DNA of 64,000 bases from the NCBI GenBank assembly GCA_963769715.1, contig CAVYNE010000015.1:89960-153959 (forward strand). The letters are read 5' to 3'. Every line of letters begins with the position of its first letter. Within the stretch, counting starts at the first letter, position 1. Shown in pieces: positions 39,175 to 48,160 of this stretch. Both the position numbers and the translations under genes were made by a program. The stretch is from an uncultured Actinomycetes bacterium (GTDB lineage Bacteria > Actinomycetota > Actinomycetes > Streptosporangiales > Streptosporangiaceae). A model generated the notes under the pieces. The model was not told the origin of the DNA. It was given only the letters and a program-made list of their open reading frames with translations, and did no database searches.

Positions 39175-39999
39175 ATGACCACGGCTTTCGTCCTCGGCGG
39201 CGGAGGGCTGCTCGGCGCGCACGAGGTCGGCATGCTGCGAGCGCTGGCCGAAGCCGACGTCAAGCCCGACCTGGTGGTAGGCACCTCGATCGGCGCTCTG
39301 AACGGCGTGCTCGTAGCGGCCGACCCCGACGGCGCGGCGGACCGGCTCAGCCGGATGTGGCAGGGCGAGGAACTGCGGCTGGCGTTCAGCGAGAAGCTCT
39401 GGGGCCGGGCGGCCCGGCTGGTGCGTTCGGGCACCCATCTGCACTCGTTCGAGTCGCTGCGCATCCTGCTGGCCCGGGCGCTCCCCGGTTCCGATTTCGC
39501 CGACCTCAAGCTGCCGTTCCAGTGCGTGGCGGCCAGCATCGAGGACGCCAGCGCCCGCTGGTTCTCTAGCGGGCCGGTGGTGCCCGCGGTCATGGCCTCG
39601 TGCGCCGTGCCCGGGCTGCTGCCGCCGGTCGAGATCGACGGCGCCCACTACTTCGACGGCGGCCTGGTCGACTCGATCCCAGTCGGACGGGCGGTCATGC
39701 TCGGCGCCAGCACGGTCTACGTGCTGCAGGTGGGCCGGATCGAAAGCCCGCTCGCGGTGCCGACCAAGCCGTGGCAGGTGGGGCTGGTGGCGTTCGAGAT
39801 CGCCCGCAGGCACCGGTTCCACGAGGAGATGTCGTCGCTGCCGGAGAATGTTCGGGTGCATGTGCTGCCGACCGGCGGAGACCGGCTCCCGCCGGGATGG
39901 AAACAGTTCCGGTACCGGGACAAAGCCAAGGTGGGGCTGAGCATCGAGCGCGCGTACACGGCATCCGCGAGCTATCTCACGGAGCTAGCCAGGAGCTAG
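39175..39999 (+). CDS. Patatin-like phospholipase
   Basis: Oxyanion GGGGLLG, nucleophile GTSIGA (GxSxG), and DGG catalytic Asp (YFDGGLVDSIP). Confidence 0.85.
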   Translation: MTTAFVLGGGGLLGAHEVGMLRALAEADVKPDLVVGTSIGALNGVLVAADPDGAADRLSRMWQGEELRLAFSEKLWGRAARLVRSGTHLHSFESLRILLARALPGSDFADLKLPFQCVAASIEDASARWFSSGPVVPAVMASCAVPGLLPPVEIDGAHYFDGGLVDSIPVGRAVMLGASTVYVLQVGRIESPLAVPTKPWQVGLVAFEIARRHRFHEEMSSLPENVRVHVLPTGGDRLPPGWKQFRYRDKAKVGLSIERAYTASASYLTELARS

Positions 40000-40109
40000 G
40001 TCTTGGCCTGCCGCAAAAAGTGTCAGCTCACCGCAAAAGCCGCGTCCGCGCGAGCGGATCAGCGACTAGCGTTTGCTAGGGAGCCCGGGCTTGGCCTAAG
40101 GCGGGATAT

Positions 40110-40523
40110 ATGTACCTGTTCGAGTGCGAGGCCACATTCGAGGCTGAGCCCGCTGAGGTCTGGAAGGTGTGGACCGACGTGGAACGCTGGCCTGAGTGGG
40201 ATGTCAGCAAGGAGATCGCCCGGCTCGATGGCCCGTTCCAGCCCGGTGTCTCCGGCTGGGCCAAGCAGCGCGGCAACCTCGGCGGCTCCTTCACCATCAC
40301 CGTGGTCGATGACGGGCGCCGCTGGGTGACCGAATGCCCGGTACCCATGGGCAAGGTGGTCTTCGAGCACGTCCTCGAGCCAGTCGCCGGGGGACGTGTC
40401 CGGGTGGTCAAGAGGGCCGAGGTGCAGGGCGGATTCGGATCCCTGCTCCTGCTGCTCGCCCCCAAGATGCGCCGCGAAACCGCCCGGTCCCTGGCTGCCC
40501 TGCAACGACAGGTGTCCCCATAG
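40110..40523 (+). CDS. SRPBCC/polyketide-cyclase-like protein
   Basis: FEAEPAEVWKVWTDVERWPEWD. Confidence 0.75.
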   Translation: MYLFECEATFEAEPAEVWKVWTDVERWPEWDVSKEIARLDGPFQPGVSGWAKQRGNLGGSFTITVVDDGRRWVTECPVPMGKVVFEHVLEPVAGGRVRVVKRAEVQGGFGSLLLLLAPKMRRETARSLAALQRQVSP

Positions 40524-40568
40524 CGCACTGCCTGGGTCGGGCGGAAGCGGCCGCATCTGGGCCGCCGG

Positions 40569-40745
40569 TTACCGGGCGCCCCCGAACAGCCTCAGCAGCC
40601 GCATCGGACTCAGCAGCAGCCGTCGTCTTCGCTGCTGTCTCATCATCCTGCTGTTTTCGTTGTGAATGCACAGGCCGGTGTCGTCCAGAAGGCAGCCGCC
40701 CAGGCAGTCTCCCCAGCAATGCCGGCAGTGGCGAACGGCGGTCAT
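40569..40745 (-). CDS. Unlisted 58-aa Cys/His-rich small ORF
   Basis: My own translation: MTAVRHCRHCWGDCLGGCLLDDTGLCIHNENSRMMRQQRRRRLLLSPMRLLRLFGGAR. ATG 40745 is preceded by GAAGGA 8 nt upstream, with a TAA stop. It falls below the ORF-track length cut-off. Confidence 0.45.
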   Translation of the reverse strand: MTAVRHCRHCWGDCLGGCLLDDTGLCIHNENSRMMRQQRRRRLLLSPMRLLRLFGGAR

Positions 40746-40904
40746 ACGCAGATCCTTCAGGGCGCAGTGACGCTCACATAGGACGTATTACCCCTCTTCC
40801 GCCCTTCCGCGACCTCACCGCAGCCAGATCCGCTCAGTGGGCCGTTGACAGGGCGCGCCGCAGATGACCAAGGCCTGGTCCGCCAGCAGTTCTGACAGGC
40901 ACGG

Positions 40905-41435
40905 TCATTGACCGAACCGCCAGCGTGTCGCGCCATTCGGCTCGGCGGTGCTCAAACCGACGACCGTGTGGAAAGTGAACCGGTAAAGATGCCACGGCGG
41001 CGGCCCGGCGCTCGGCGCGCTGTAGGGCGCGGTGAAGGCGTCGCCGGTTACCTCGGCCGGCCAGCCGATGTCGCGGTAGATGGCGGCCACCCGCTCCAAG
41101 ATCGCCGACTCGGCCACCCGCATCGCCGTACCGTCCACGGTCAGGTCCATGCCGGGAAGCTTGACCGAGATCGTACAGGCCGGGTTCGACGCCAGGTTCC
41201 GTGCCTTGCGAGTTCCGGGCCCGCTGGTGAAATAAAGGTCGCCATCATGCCACACCGCACCGATCCCGGCGGCGTGCGGGCGCCCGTCAGGCCGGACCGT
41301 GCCCAGGAAGAAGCCGGCAAGCGGCCCCTTCGGGCCGGACGCGAGGAGATCATGGGCTCGGCTCCACGGCAGTACCGGATCTCCGTACCGGTCAAGATTC
41401 GTGACCTCACTAGGCTGCCGATCAGTCATTTCCAT
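40905..41435 (-). CDS. Pyridoxamine-5'-phosphate-oxidase-fold (PPOX/F420-type) family protein
   Basis: FFLGTVRPDGRPHAAGIGAVWHDGDLYFTSGPGTRKARNLASNPACTISV. Confidence 0.8.
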   Translation of the reverse strand: MEMTDRQPSEVTNLDRYGDPVLPWSRAHDLLASGPKGPLAGFFLGTVRPDGRPHAAGIGAVWHDGDLYFTSGPGTRKARNLASNPACTISVKLPGMDLTVDGTAMRVAESAILERVAAIYRDIGWPAEVTGDAFTAPYSAPSAGPPPWHLYRFTFHTVVGLSTAEPNGATRWRFGQ

Positions 41436-41540
41436 ACCTCCGGTCTGGATTGCGTCGGGCCGTGGACAGGGCGGCCCCGGTGGGCAACAGCGTTTCTGGT
41501 AGTCAGACGCAGCGCCCAGAGCGAACTCATCGTTCCGGTG

Positions 41541-42119
41541 TCAGCGTGCGAACCGGTTACGGAACCTGTCCACATGCAATGTCTCCCCGCGGAGCAGGCC
41601 AGTCTCGATCTCGGTGGGATATGCAGTGCCGTCCTCGTACAGCAGGTGGCCGAAATAGAAGGCGCCGGGTGTTGTGGCCGCTTCTCGTTCCAACGCCCGG
41701 AACCGTTTGCCCTGGTCCGACCAGCCGCGGTTCAGGTCCCGGCGCTGCCGGAAGATGTTCGGGCCGAACTCGCCTCCGGAAAGGTGGGGGATGAGATGTC
41801 CCCGGTCCACCGACGTGCCATCGGGATCGGGCGGCAGCGGGAATCCGCGCTGGTAGGAGACATCGCGTTTGCCGACTGTGGCTGGCGTCATGGTCCAGGC
41901 CGCCAGTGTGCGATCCTCCTGCTCTGCCCCCACGGCGCTGGCCAGGTCAAACAAGTAGGTGGCTCCAGACTGCACGAATTGCAGCAGCGAGCAATCCGGG
42001 AATTGATGTTCGTAACGCTCCGCCACCGCGTCGAGCAGCGCCGCGCCAAGATCGGCAGGTGCCAGCGGCATCCGGAGGCCGCGCACCAGCCCTGCGTAGT
42101 CCACCGACAACCGGGTCAT
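41541..42119 (-). CDS. Small cytoplasmic DRGH-motif beta-beta-alpha-Me nuclease (DNA/RNA non-specific endonuclease family-like)
   Basis: VDRGHLIPHLSGGEFGPNIFRQRRDLNRGWS...FRALE parallels the Serratia-type pattern DRGHxxP...NIxPQxxxLNxGxW...LE. No signal peptide. Confidence 0.65.
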   Translation of the reverse strand: MTRLSVDYAGLVRGLRMPLAPADLGAALLDAVAERYEHQFPDCSLLQFVQSGATYLFDLASAVGAEQEDRTLAAWTMTPATVGKRDVSYQRGFPLPPDPDGTSVDRGHLIPHLSGGEFGPNIFRQRRDLNRGWSDQGKRFRALEREAATTPGAFYFGHLLYEDGTAYPTEIETGLLRGETLHVDRFRNRFAR

Positions 42120-42244
42120 CCCGCTGTTCTACCAGGTGGTCACTAGTGGGCGGCACGAAGCGCCGGTCCACTGCCGCAACAGCGGTCGCCAGGCGAACGG
42201 CGTCGATTCGGCAGCTCTGCGCGCTGACCGCAGCACGAGAGCGC

Positions 42245-42288
42245 CCGCGGAAGCGCCTTGTGAAATTCTGCACAAGGCGCTTCCGCGG
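42245..42288. promoter_or_regulatory. Perfect 18-bp inverted repeat with 8-nt loop in a divergent promoter region
   Basis: CCGCGGAAGCGCCTTGTG aaattctg CACAAGGCGCTTCCGCGG. No flanking T-tract on either strand. Confidence 0.85.
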
Positions 42289-42470
42289 AAACGTCATGGA
42301 CTTGGCGGCCAGCGCTACCACGATCCGGGCCTGGGCCCTGTCCGCGCGTGGGCGCGTGTTCATGTTGCCGGCTGTTGTGCATAGTCATACGGGTTGGGTC
42401 AGCCCATCTTGAGGCCGGTATCTTCGGCTATCTGGGTGGTCCCTTTTTAGAGCATGGGAGGCGGGTTGCG

Positions 42471-43229
42471 GTGAAGCCAGTACTGGAGGGCACGGTCGCG
42501 CTGGTGACCGGGGCTTCGAGCGGCATCGGCGCGGCCACGGCCGCCGCGCTGGCCGCCCGGGGCGCGGCCGTGGCGCTGGCGGCGCGGCGCCAGGACCGGC
42601 TGGAGGCGGTCGCCGCCGACATCCGCGGCCAGGGCGGCACCGCGCTGGTGCTGGAGTCCGACATCACGGACCAGCAGCAGGCGGCAGATGCTGTTGCGCG
42701 CACGGTCGCCGGGCTGGGGCGCCTGGACACGCTCATCAACAACGCCGGCGTGATGCTGCTCGGCCCGGCGGCCGGCGCGCCGCTGTCGGAATGGCAGCAG
42801 ATGGTCGAGCTCAACGTGCTCGGCCTGCTCTACTGCGCGCACGCCGCGCTGCCCCATCTGCTGCGCGCCGCCGCCGACGGGCCGCGTCGGGTCGCCGACA
42901 TGGTGAACATCAGCTCGGTGGCGGGCCGGGCGGCCCGCAACGGCAACGGCGTCTACTCCTTGACCAAGCACGGCGCCGGCGCATTCAGCGAGTCCCTGCG
43001 CCAGGAGGTGACCGGGCGCTACGTACGCGTTTCCCTGGTCGAGCCGGGCGCGACCGCGACAGAGCTGGCCAGCCACAACCGGCCCGAGGTGCTCGACAGC
43101 ATCCGGAGCCAGTTCGGGCAGAGGATGCAGGCCGGGGACATCGCCGACGCGATCCTGTACATCGTGACCCGGCCGCGGCACGTCGCGGTGAATGAGATGC
43201 TGATCCGCCCGACCGAGCAGGAGCGGTAG
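42471..43229 (+). CDS. Short-chain dehydrogenase/reductase (SDR)
   Basis: TGASSGIGAA, NNAG, and YSLTKHG. GTG 42471 comes after GGGAGG. Confidence 0.85.
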   Translation: MKPVLEGTVALVTGASSGIGAATAAALAARGAAVALAARRQDRLEAVAADIRGQGGTALVLESDITDQQQAADAVARTVAGLGRLDTLINNAGVMLLGPAAGAPLSEWQQMVELNVLGLLYCAHAALPHLLRAAADGPRRVADMVNISSVAGRAARNGNGVYSLTKHGAGAFSESLRQEVTGRYVRVSLVEPGATATELASHNRPEVLDSIRSQFGQRMQAGDIADAILYIVTRPRHVAVNEMLIRPTEQER

Positions 43230-43458
43230 GAGCCCCGCGCTGGCCGGGTGCCTCAGAACCGCGGCGCCCGCCAGGATGGCCACGACCGCGGCGGTGACAT
43301 TCAGTAACGGCTTGGCGACAAGCGTTACCGCGGAGACGCCGGGGCCCGCAACCGCCCGGCGCAGCGTTATGCCGAGCCGACACAGGCGCCCGGGGTGCCG
43401 GCGTTCGGCTTACGGCCGGGCGCAGGTGGACGTGGCGTTTCCGGTATGCCTATCGTGG

Positions 43459-43492
43459 CTTGAGATGGTGGCCTTGGGCCCGCCATCTCAAG
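43459..43492. promoter_or_regulatory. 10-bp perfect inverted repeat (CTTGAGATGG n14 CCATCTCAAG) upstream of the MFS gene, flanked by direct ATCGTGGCT repeats
   Basis: Read directly. ATCGTGGCT occurs at 43452-43460 and 43508-43516. Confidence 0.4.
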
Positions 43493-43557
43493 CAGCATTC
43501 CCGGGCCATCGTGGCTCCGGACTCCGCTAGCGCTCCGCGCGAGGGGGCATAGGTCTC

Positions 43558-45225
43558 ATGTCATCTGCCATCCAGGGCCGTCCGGCGGCCCCCGTCGACC
43601 GGCGCTGGCTGGTCCTGGTCGTGGTGGCTATCGCCCAGCTGATGGTGGTCCTGGATTCCACGGTCGTGAACATCGCGCTGCCGTCGGCGCAGCGTTCTCT
43701 GGGGTTCCCGAACGGCGACCGGCAGTGGGTGGTGACGGCTTACGCCCTGGCTTTCGGCAGCCTGCTGCTGGTGGGCGGCCGGCTCGGCGACATGTACAGC
43801 CGCAAGTGGGTCTTCATCACCGGCCTGGCCGGATTCGCCATATCCTCAGCCATCGGGGGCGCCGCCGTCTCGTTCGAGATGCTGGTGGCGGCCCGGACGC
43901 TGCAGGGCGCGTTCGGCGCCATCCTCGCGCCGTCCGCCCTCGGGACCCTGGTCAGCACCTTCCAGGACCCGCGCGAGCGGGGGCGGGCCTTCGGCGTCTT
44001 CGGCTCGGTCGCCGCCGGTGGCGGCGGCGTGGGCCTGATCCTCGGCGGGGTGCTCACCCAGTACCTGTCCTGGCGCTGGACGCTCTACATCAATCTGGTG
44101 TTCGCCGCGATCGCGATAGCCGGCGCCCTGGCCTTCATGCGCAGCAGCCGGCCCGCCATCCGGCCGCGGATGGACTGGCCCGGGGCGGTACTGGCCTGCG
44201 CCGGGCTTTTCCTCATCGTGTTCGGCTTCTCCCACGCCGAGACGGCCGGCTGGACGGCCGGGCTGACGATCGGCTCCCTGGTCCTCGGCGCGGTCCTGCT
44301 CGCCGGGTTCGTGCTCGCCGAGCGGCGGAGCAGTCACCCGCTGCTGCCGCTGCACGTGATACTCGACCGCACCCGGGGCGGCTCCTATGTCGCGGTCGGC
44401 ATCTCGGGAATCGCGATCTTCGGCGTCTTCCTGTTCCTCACGTACTACCTGCAGGAGGTCAAGGGATACAGCCCGGTGACCAGCGGGCTGGCCTTCCTGC
44501 CGATGATCGGCTGCATCCTGCTCAGCTCCAATGTCTCCAGCATCGTGACCTTGCCCCGGTTCGGGCCGCGCGTCCTGATCACCACCGGCATGCTGCTGGG
44601 CACCGGCGCGATGGCCTACCTGGCCCAGCTCACCGTGACCTCCAGCTACCTCGGCGGCGTGCTGCCGGCCCTGCTCGTCATGGGCCTGGGCTTCGGCATG
44701 ATCTTCGCGCCGGCCATCAACACGGCCACGGCCGGCGTCCAGCGCCAGGACTCAGGCGTAGCCTCCGCGCTGGTCAACACCATGCAGCAGGTCGGCGGAT
44801 CAATCGGGACGGCCCTGCTGAGCACCATCGCGCTGACCGCGACGACCAGCTACCTCGCCGCGCACCACACGGGGCCGCTGGCGCCGGCGATCGCGGCCAC
44901 CCACGGTTACACCGTGGCCTTCGCGGTGTCTGCGGGAATCTTCGGTCTCGGCGTGATCCTCGCGATCGTCCTGCTGCCATCCCGGCGGCGGCTTACAGAA
45001 CTCAGGGCTGCCGCCGCGGCCGCGGCCGAAGCTGCGCCCCGCGCCGCCGCGCCCGCGCCCGCCGCCGCGCCAGCGCCCGCCGCCGCGGCGCACGCCGCTG
45101 CCCCCGCCGCCCACCTCGCGCCGGCGCTCGAGACACACGCGATTCACGCGATTCCGGTCGCCCTGATCTGCTGCTCGCCGGTGATCAAGCCCGCTTCGCT
45201 TCCGGGGGGCAGGCCCGCCGGGTGA
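43558..45225 (+). CDS. MFS transporter, DHA2 (14-TMS EmrB/QacA-like) with Ala/Pro-rich C-terminal tail
   Basis: LVLVVVAIAQLMVVLDSTVVNIALPS, GGRLGDMYSRK, and ~14 hydrophobic segments. Confidence 0.9.
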   Translation: MSSAIQGRPAAPVDRRWLVLVVVAIAQLMVVLDSTVVNIALPSAQRSLGFPNGDRQWVVTAYALAFGSLLLVGGRLGDMYSRKWVFITGLAGFAISSAIGGAAVSFEMLVAARTLQGAFGAILAPSALGTLVSTFQDPRERGRAFGVFGSVAAGGGGVGLILGGVLTQYLSWRWTLYINLVFAAIAIAGALAFMRSSRPAIRPRMDWPGAVLACAGLFLIVFGFSHAETAGWTAGLTIGSLVLGAVLLAGFVLAERRSSHPLLPLHVILDRTRGGSYVAVGISGIAIFGVFLFLTYYLQEVKGYSPVTSGLAFLPMIGCILLSSNVSSIVTLPRFGPRVLITTGMLLGTGAMAYLAQLTVTSSYLGGVLPALLVMGLGFGMIFAPAINTATAGVQRQDSGVASALVNTMQQVGGSIGTALLSTIALTATTSYLAAHHTGPLAPAIAATHGYTVAFAVSAGIFGLGVILAIVLLPSRRRLTELRAAAAAAAEAAPRAAAPAPAAAPAPAAAAHAAAPAAHLAPALETHAIHAIPVALICCSPVIKPASLPGGRPAG

Positions 45226-45349
45226 TCGCGGCGTGTCGTGCGCCAGGTCCGGCATGCTGTAGTCGTCTCCGCGGCCGGCTGGTTATCTGGACGGCCACCC
45301 ATCGTCAACCTGACCGCCTCAGCCGGCTGTGCAGCTGGCCGCCTCGAAA

Positions 45350-46329
45350 TCAGCTCGTGTAGCCGACCTCGGACCAGTCGACCGCCTCTCCGGCGTACCA
45401 GTTTATTCCGGTTATGTTCCTACGCGTGCTCACCTGGAAGCCGGGCTGCGCGATCCAGAGCCAGGGGGCATCGTTCGCGATTATCTGGGCACAGCGCTTG
45501 TGCTCCTCGACCCGCTGGTCCCAAGTGAGTTGGGGGCGCCCTGCCTCGGCCAAGCAGGCGTCGGTCTTCGCGCTCTTGTATCCCCCCCAATTGTTGGAGC
45601 TCTTCGACTGGTAGAAGACCCCCAGCGCGTAGGCGGGGTCCGGCGTATCGGCCCCAAAGGTCTGGAAGAACATTGGCCGCTTGCCAGTGAACAGCGCTTG
45701 CGTGAACGTCGGGGGCGGGAGCGCTTCGAGCTCGAGTGTCACTCCGACGTCTGCGAAGGCGATCCGGAGCTGAGTGCCTATAGGCTCTCCGAGCGGTTCC
45801 GCGGTGCTGTAGGCCAATGTCGTCTTGAACCCGTTCCCATGGCCGGCCTCCCGCAAGAGCTCACGCGCCCGTCCGGGGTCGTAGGTGTACGGGCTCAGGT
45901 TAGGGTCGAACCCGGCGGCGTGATCCGAGAGCGGGCCGTGGGCCGGCCCGGCGAACCCTCGGTAGACCTTCTCGAGGATCTGCGGATAGGGCGTCGCGTA
46001 TGACAGGGCCTGCCGGACCCGGGCGTCGCCGAGCGGCGGGTACTTCGGGTTCATGGGACACGACGCGATGACATAGCCCCTGGAAGTTCCACAGGCGCAG
46101 GTCATTGCGGTTCTCTACTCGTTGCATGTCCGTGGGCAGCAAGTACTCAGCGGCCTGCGCTTCTCCGGTCATCAGCATGGCGAGCCTGTTGGACGACTCC
46201 GGCACCTGCCTGAACGTGATCTGGTCGAGCTTCGGAGGGAAGGGATGCTCCTTGTGGGCCACCCATACGACATGGCGCCCAGGGCTGAGGTCAGCGAGCT
46301 TGAACGGGCCGAAGCCCTCACCGGGGGGG
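45350..46329 (-). pseudogene. Family-5 (peptide/nickel-type) ABC substrate-binding protein gene remnant: frameshifted and lacking most of the N-terminal lobe
   Basis: GPFKLADLSPGRHVVWVAHKEHPFPPKLDQITFRQVPESSNRLAMLMTGEAQAAEYL is in one frame. NPKYPPLGDARVRQALSYA...WLWIAQPGFQVSTRRNITGINW is in another, with the shift near 46080-46100. No signal or N-lobe sequence was recognised. Confidence 0.7.
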
Positions 46330-46346
46330 TCGTCAGGCCGGCGTTC

Positions 46347-48110
46347 GTGGTGTTGTTCGTGTCGGAACCCTCGTTGCGCGCAGCGGTTACAGACACGGCG
46401 CCGGTGCAGCTCGCCGTCGGCGGCACCTCCGCTGGAGGTCTTGGCGGAACGGCGGCCGCGCGCAGCACGTTCACCGAAGCCGGACAGCGATTCGAGGTTG
46501 CCGTGGCGCTGGAACCAGTCTCCGGCGCCGCGGTGGTCCTGCCTTGGATCATCCTCGCCGCCGGCCTCGTCCTCGCCGCCCTCGCCGGCGCGCTCGGCGT
46601 CAACGCGGCGCGGCGAGCCAAGGCGAAGGCCGAGGTTGACCGCCTGTTCACGCTCTCTCCTGACCTGATCACGGTGGCGGGATTCGACGGTTTCTGGAAG
46701 CGCGTCAATCCGGCCTTCGAGACGCGCCTCGGTTACACCGAGCGCGAGGCGCTTGCGCGACCGTACCTGGAGTTCGTCCACCCGGACGACCGCGAGCAGA
46801 CCGAGGCAGAGGCACTCCGCCTCGTCGAAGGCAAGACGATGCTTGCATTCGAGAACCGGCTCGTCTGCAAGGACGGCTCCTACAGGTGGATCGAGTGGAC
46901 GGCGACGCCCGTCCCGAAGGAAGGCGTGCTCTACGGGGTTGGGCGCGACGTGACGGAGCGCCGGCAGGCCGAAAGCGAGCTGAGACGGCTTGCGGGCGAG
47001 CAGGCGGCGAGGCGGCGTGTGGCGACGCTCGTCGCCACGGGCGTGTCGCCGGCGGAAGTCTTCTCGGCTGTCGCGGAGGAGGTGGAGCGGCTTCTCGACG
47101 CCCAGGCCACAGCGATGGGGCGGCTCGACCCCGACGGGACGATGGCCATCGTTGCCAGCAGCGGTACCGCGAGAGACGAACTGCCGGTGGGCACCCGTCT
47201 GAAGCTTGAGTCGGAGTTGGCATTGACCATGGTGGTACGAACCGGCCGGTCAGCTCGCGTCGACGGCTACGGCCGCGCGTCGGAGTCCGTCCACCTTAGG
47301 GCGCAACGGTTGGGGATTCGTGGCACCGTGGCGGTCCCGATTATGGTCGAGGGGTCTCTCTGGGGGTCGATTGCCGCCGGGACGGACGGCGACCGGTTCC
47401 CGGCCGGCGCGGAGCAGCGCATGGCGGAGTTCACGGACCTGGTGGCCACCGCGATCGCGAATGCCGACAGCAGGGCGCAGCTAGCCGCCTCGCGCAGGCG
47501 GATCGTTGCGGCGGCGGACGAGGCTCGCCGGGAGATCGAGCGAAACCTCCACGACGGCACGCAGCAGCGGCTGGTTTCGCTCGGACTGGCGGTGCGCGCC
47601 GCGGAGGCGGATGTCTCTCCCGACCGGGGCGCCCTGCGAGTCGAGTTGTCCCGGATCGCGACCGGGCTGATGGACGCGGTCGCAGAGCTGCGCGAGATCT
47701 CGCGCGGGATCCACCCGGCGATCCTTTCCAGGGCCGGTCTCGGCCCGGCGTTGCGAACGCTCGCGCGCCGCTCGACGATCCCCGTTGATCTCGACGTCAG
47801 GACGGACACGCGCCTCCCGGAGCCGATCGAGGTCGCGGCGTATTTTGTCGCGTCGGAGGCCCTGGCCAACGCAGCGAAGCATGCCCAGGCGTCACACATG
47901 GAGGTTTCGCTCGCAACGCGCAACGGCAGCCTGGTGCTGTCGATCCGCGACGACGGCGCCGGCGGAGCGGATCCCCGCCGGGGCTCGGGACTCGTCGGCT
48001 TGCGGGATCGTGTCGAGGCGCTCGGCGGGACGATCAGGATCGATAGCCCGCCGGGCGGCGGAACGTCGCTCGTCGTCACGCTTACGCTCGACGTCGAGCC
48101 GACAGGATAG
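46347..48110 (+). CDS. PAS-GAF sensor histidine kinase (HisKA_3 type); N-terminus unresolved, possibly 5'-truncated
   Basis: TM helix VVLPWIILAAGLVLAALAGALGV. PAS FWKRVNPAFETRLGYTEREALARPYLEFVHPDD. GAF domain. H-box IERNLHDGTQQRLVSL. HATPase SEALANAAKHA and GSGLVGLRDRVEALGG. 46347 is only the first in-frame GTG after the junction. Confidence 0.75.
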   Translation: MVLFVSEPSLRAAVTDTAPVQLAVGGTSAGGLGGTAAARSTFTEAGQRFEVAVALEPVSGAAVVLPWIILAAGLVLAALAGALGVNAARRAKAKAEVDRLFTLSPDLITVAGFDGFWKRVNPAFETRLGYTEREALARPYLEFVHPDDREQTEAEALRLVEGKTMLAFENRLVCKDGSYRWIEWTATPVPKEGVLYGVGRDVTERRQAESELRRLAGEQAARRRVATLVATGVSPAEVFSAVAEEVERLLDAQATAMGRLDPDGTMAIVASSGTARDELPVGTRLKLESELALTMVVRTGRSARVDGYGRASESVHLRAQRLGIRGTVAVPIMVEGSLWGSIAAGTDGDRFPAGAEQRMAEFTDLVATAIANADSRAQLAASRRRIVAAADEARREIERNLHDGTQQRLVSLGLAVRAAEADVSPDRGALRVELSRIATGLMDAVAELREISRGIHPAILSRAGLGPALRTLARRSTIPVDLDVRTDTRLPEPIEVAAYFVASEALANAAKHAQASHMEVSLATRNGSLVLSIRDDGAGGADPRRGSGLVGLRDRVEALGGTIRIDSPPGGGTSLVVTLTLDVEPTG

Positions 48111-48160
48111 GAACAGGCAGCGGGACCAAGTAGCGGTGACGCGGGGGCGTGTCGGCCGGG

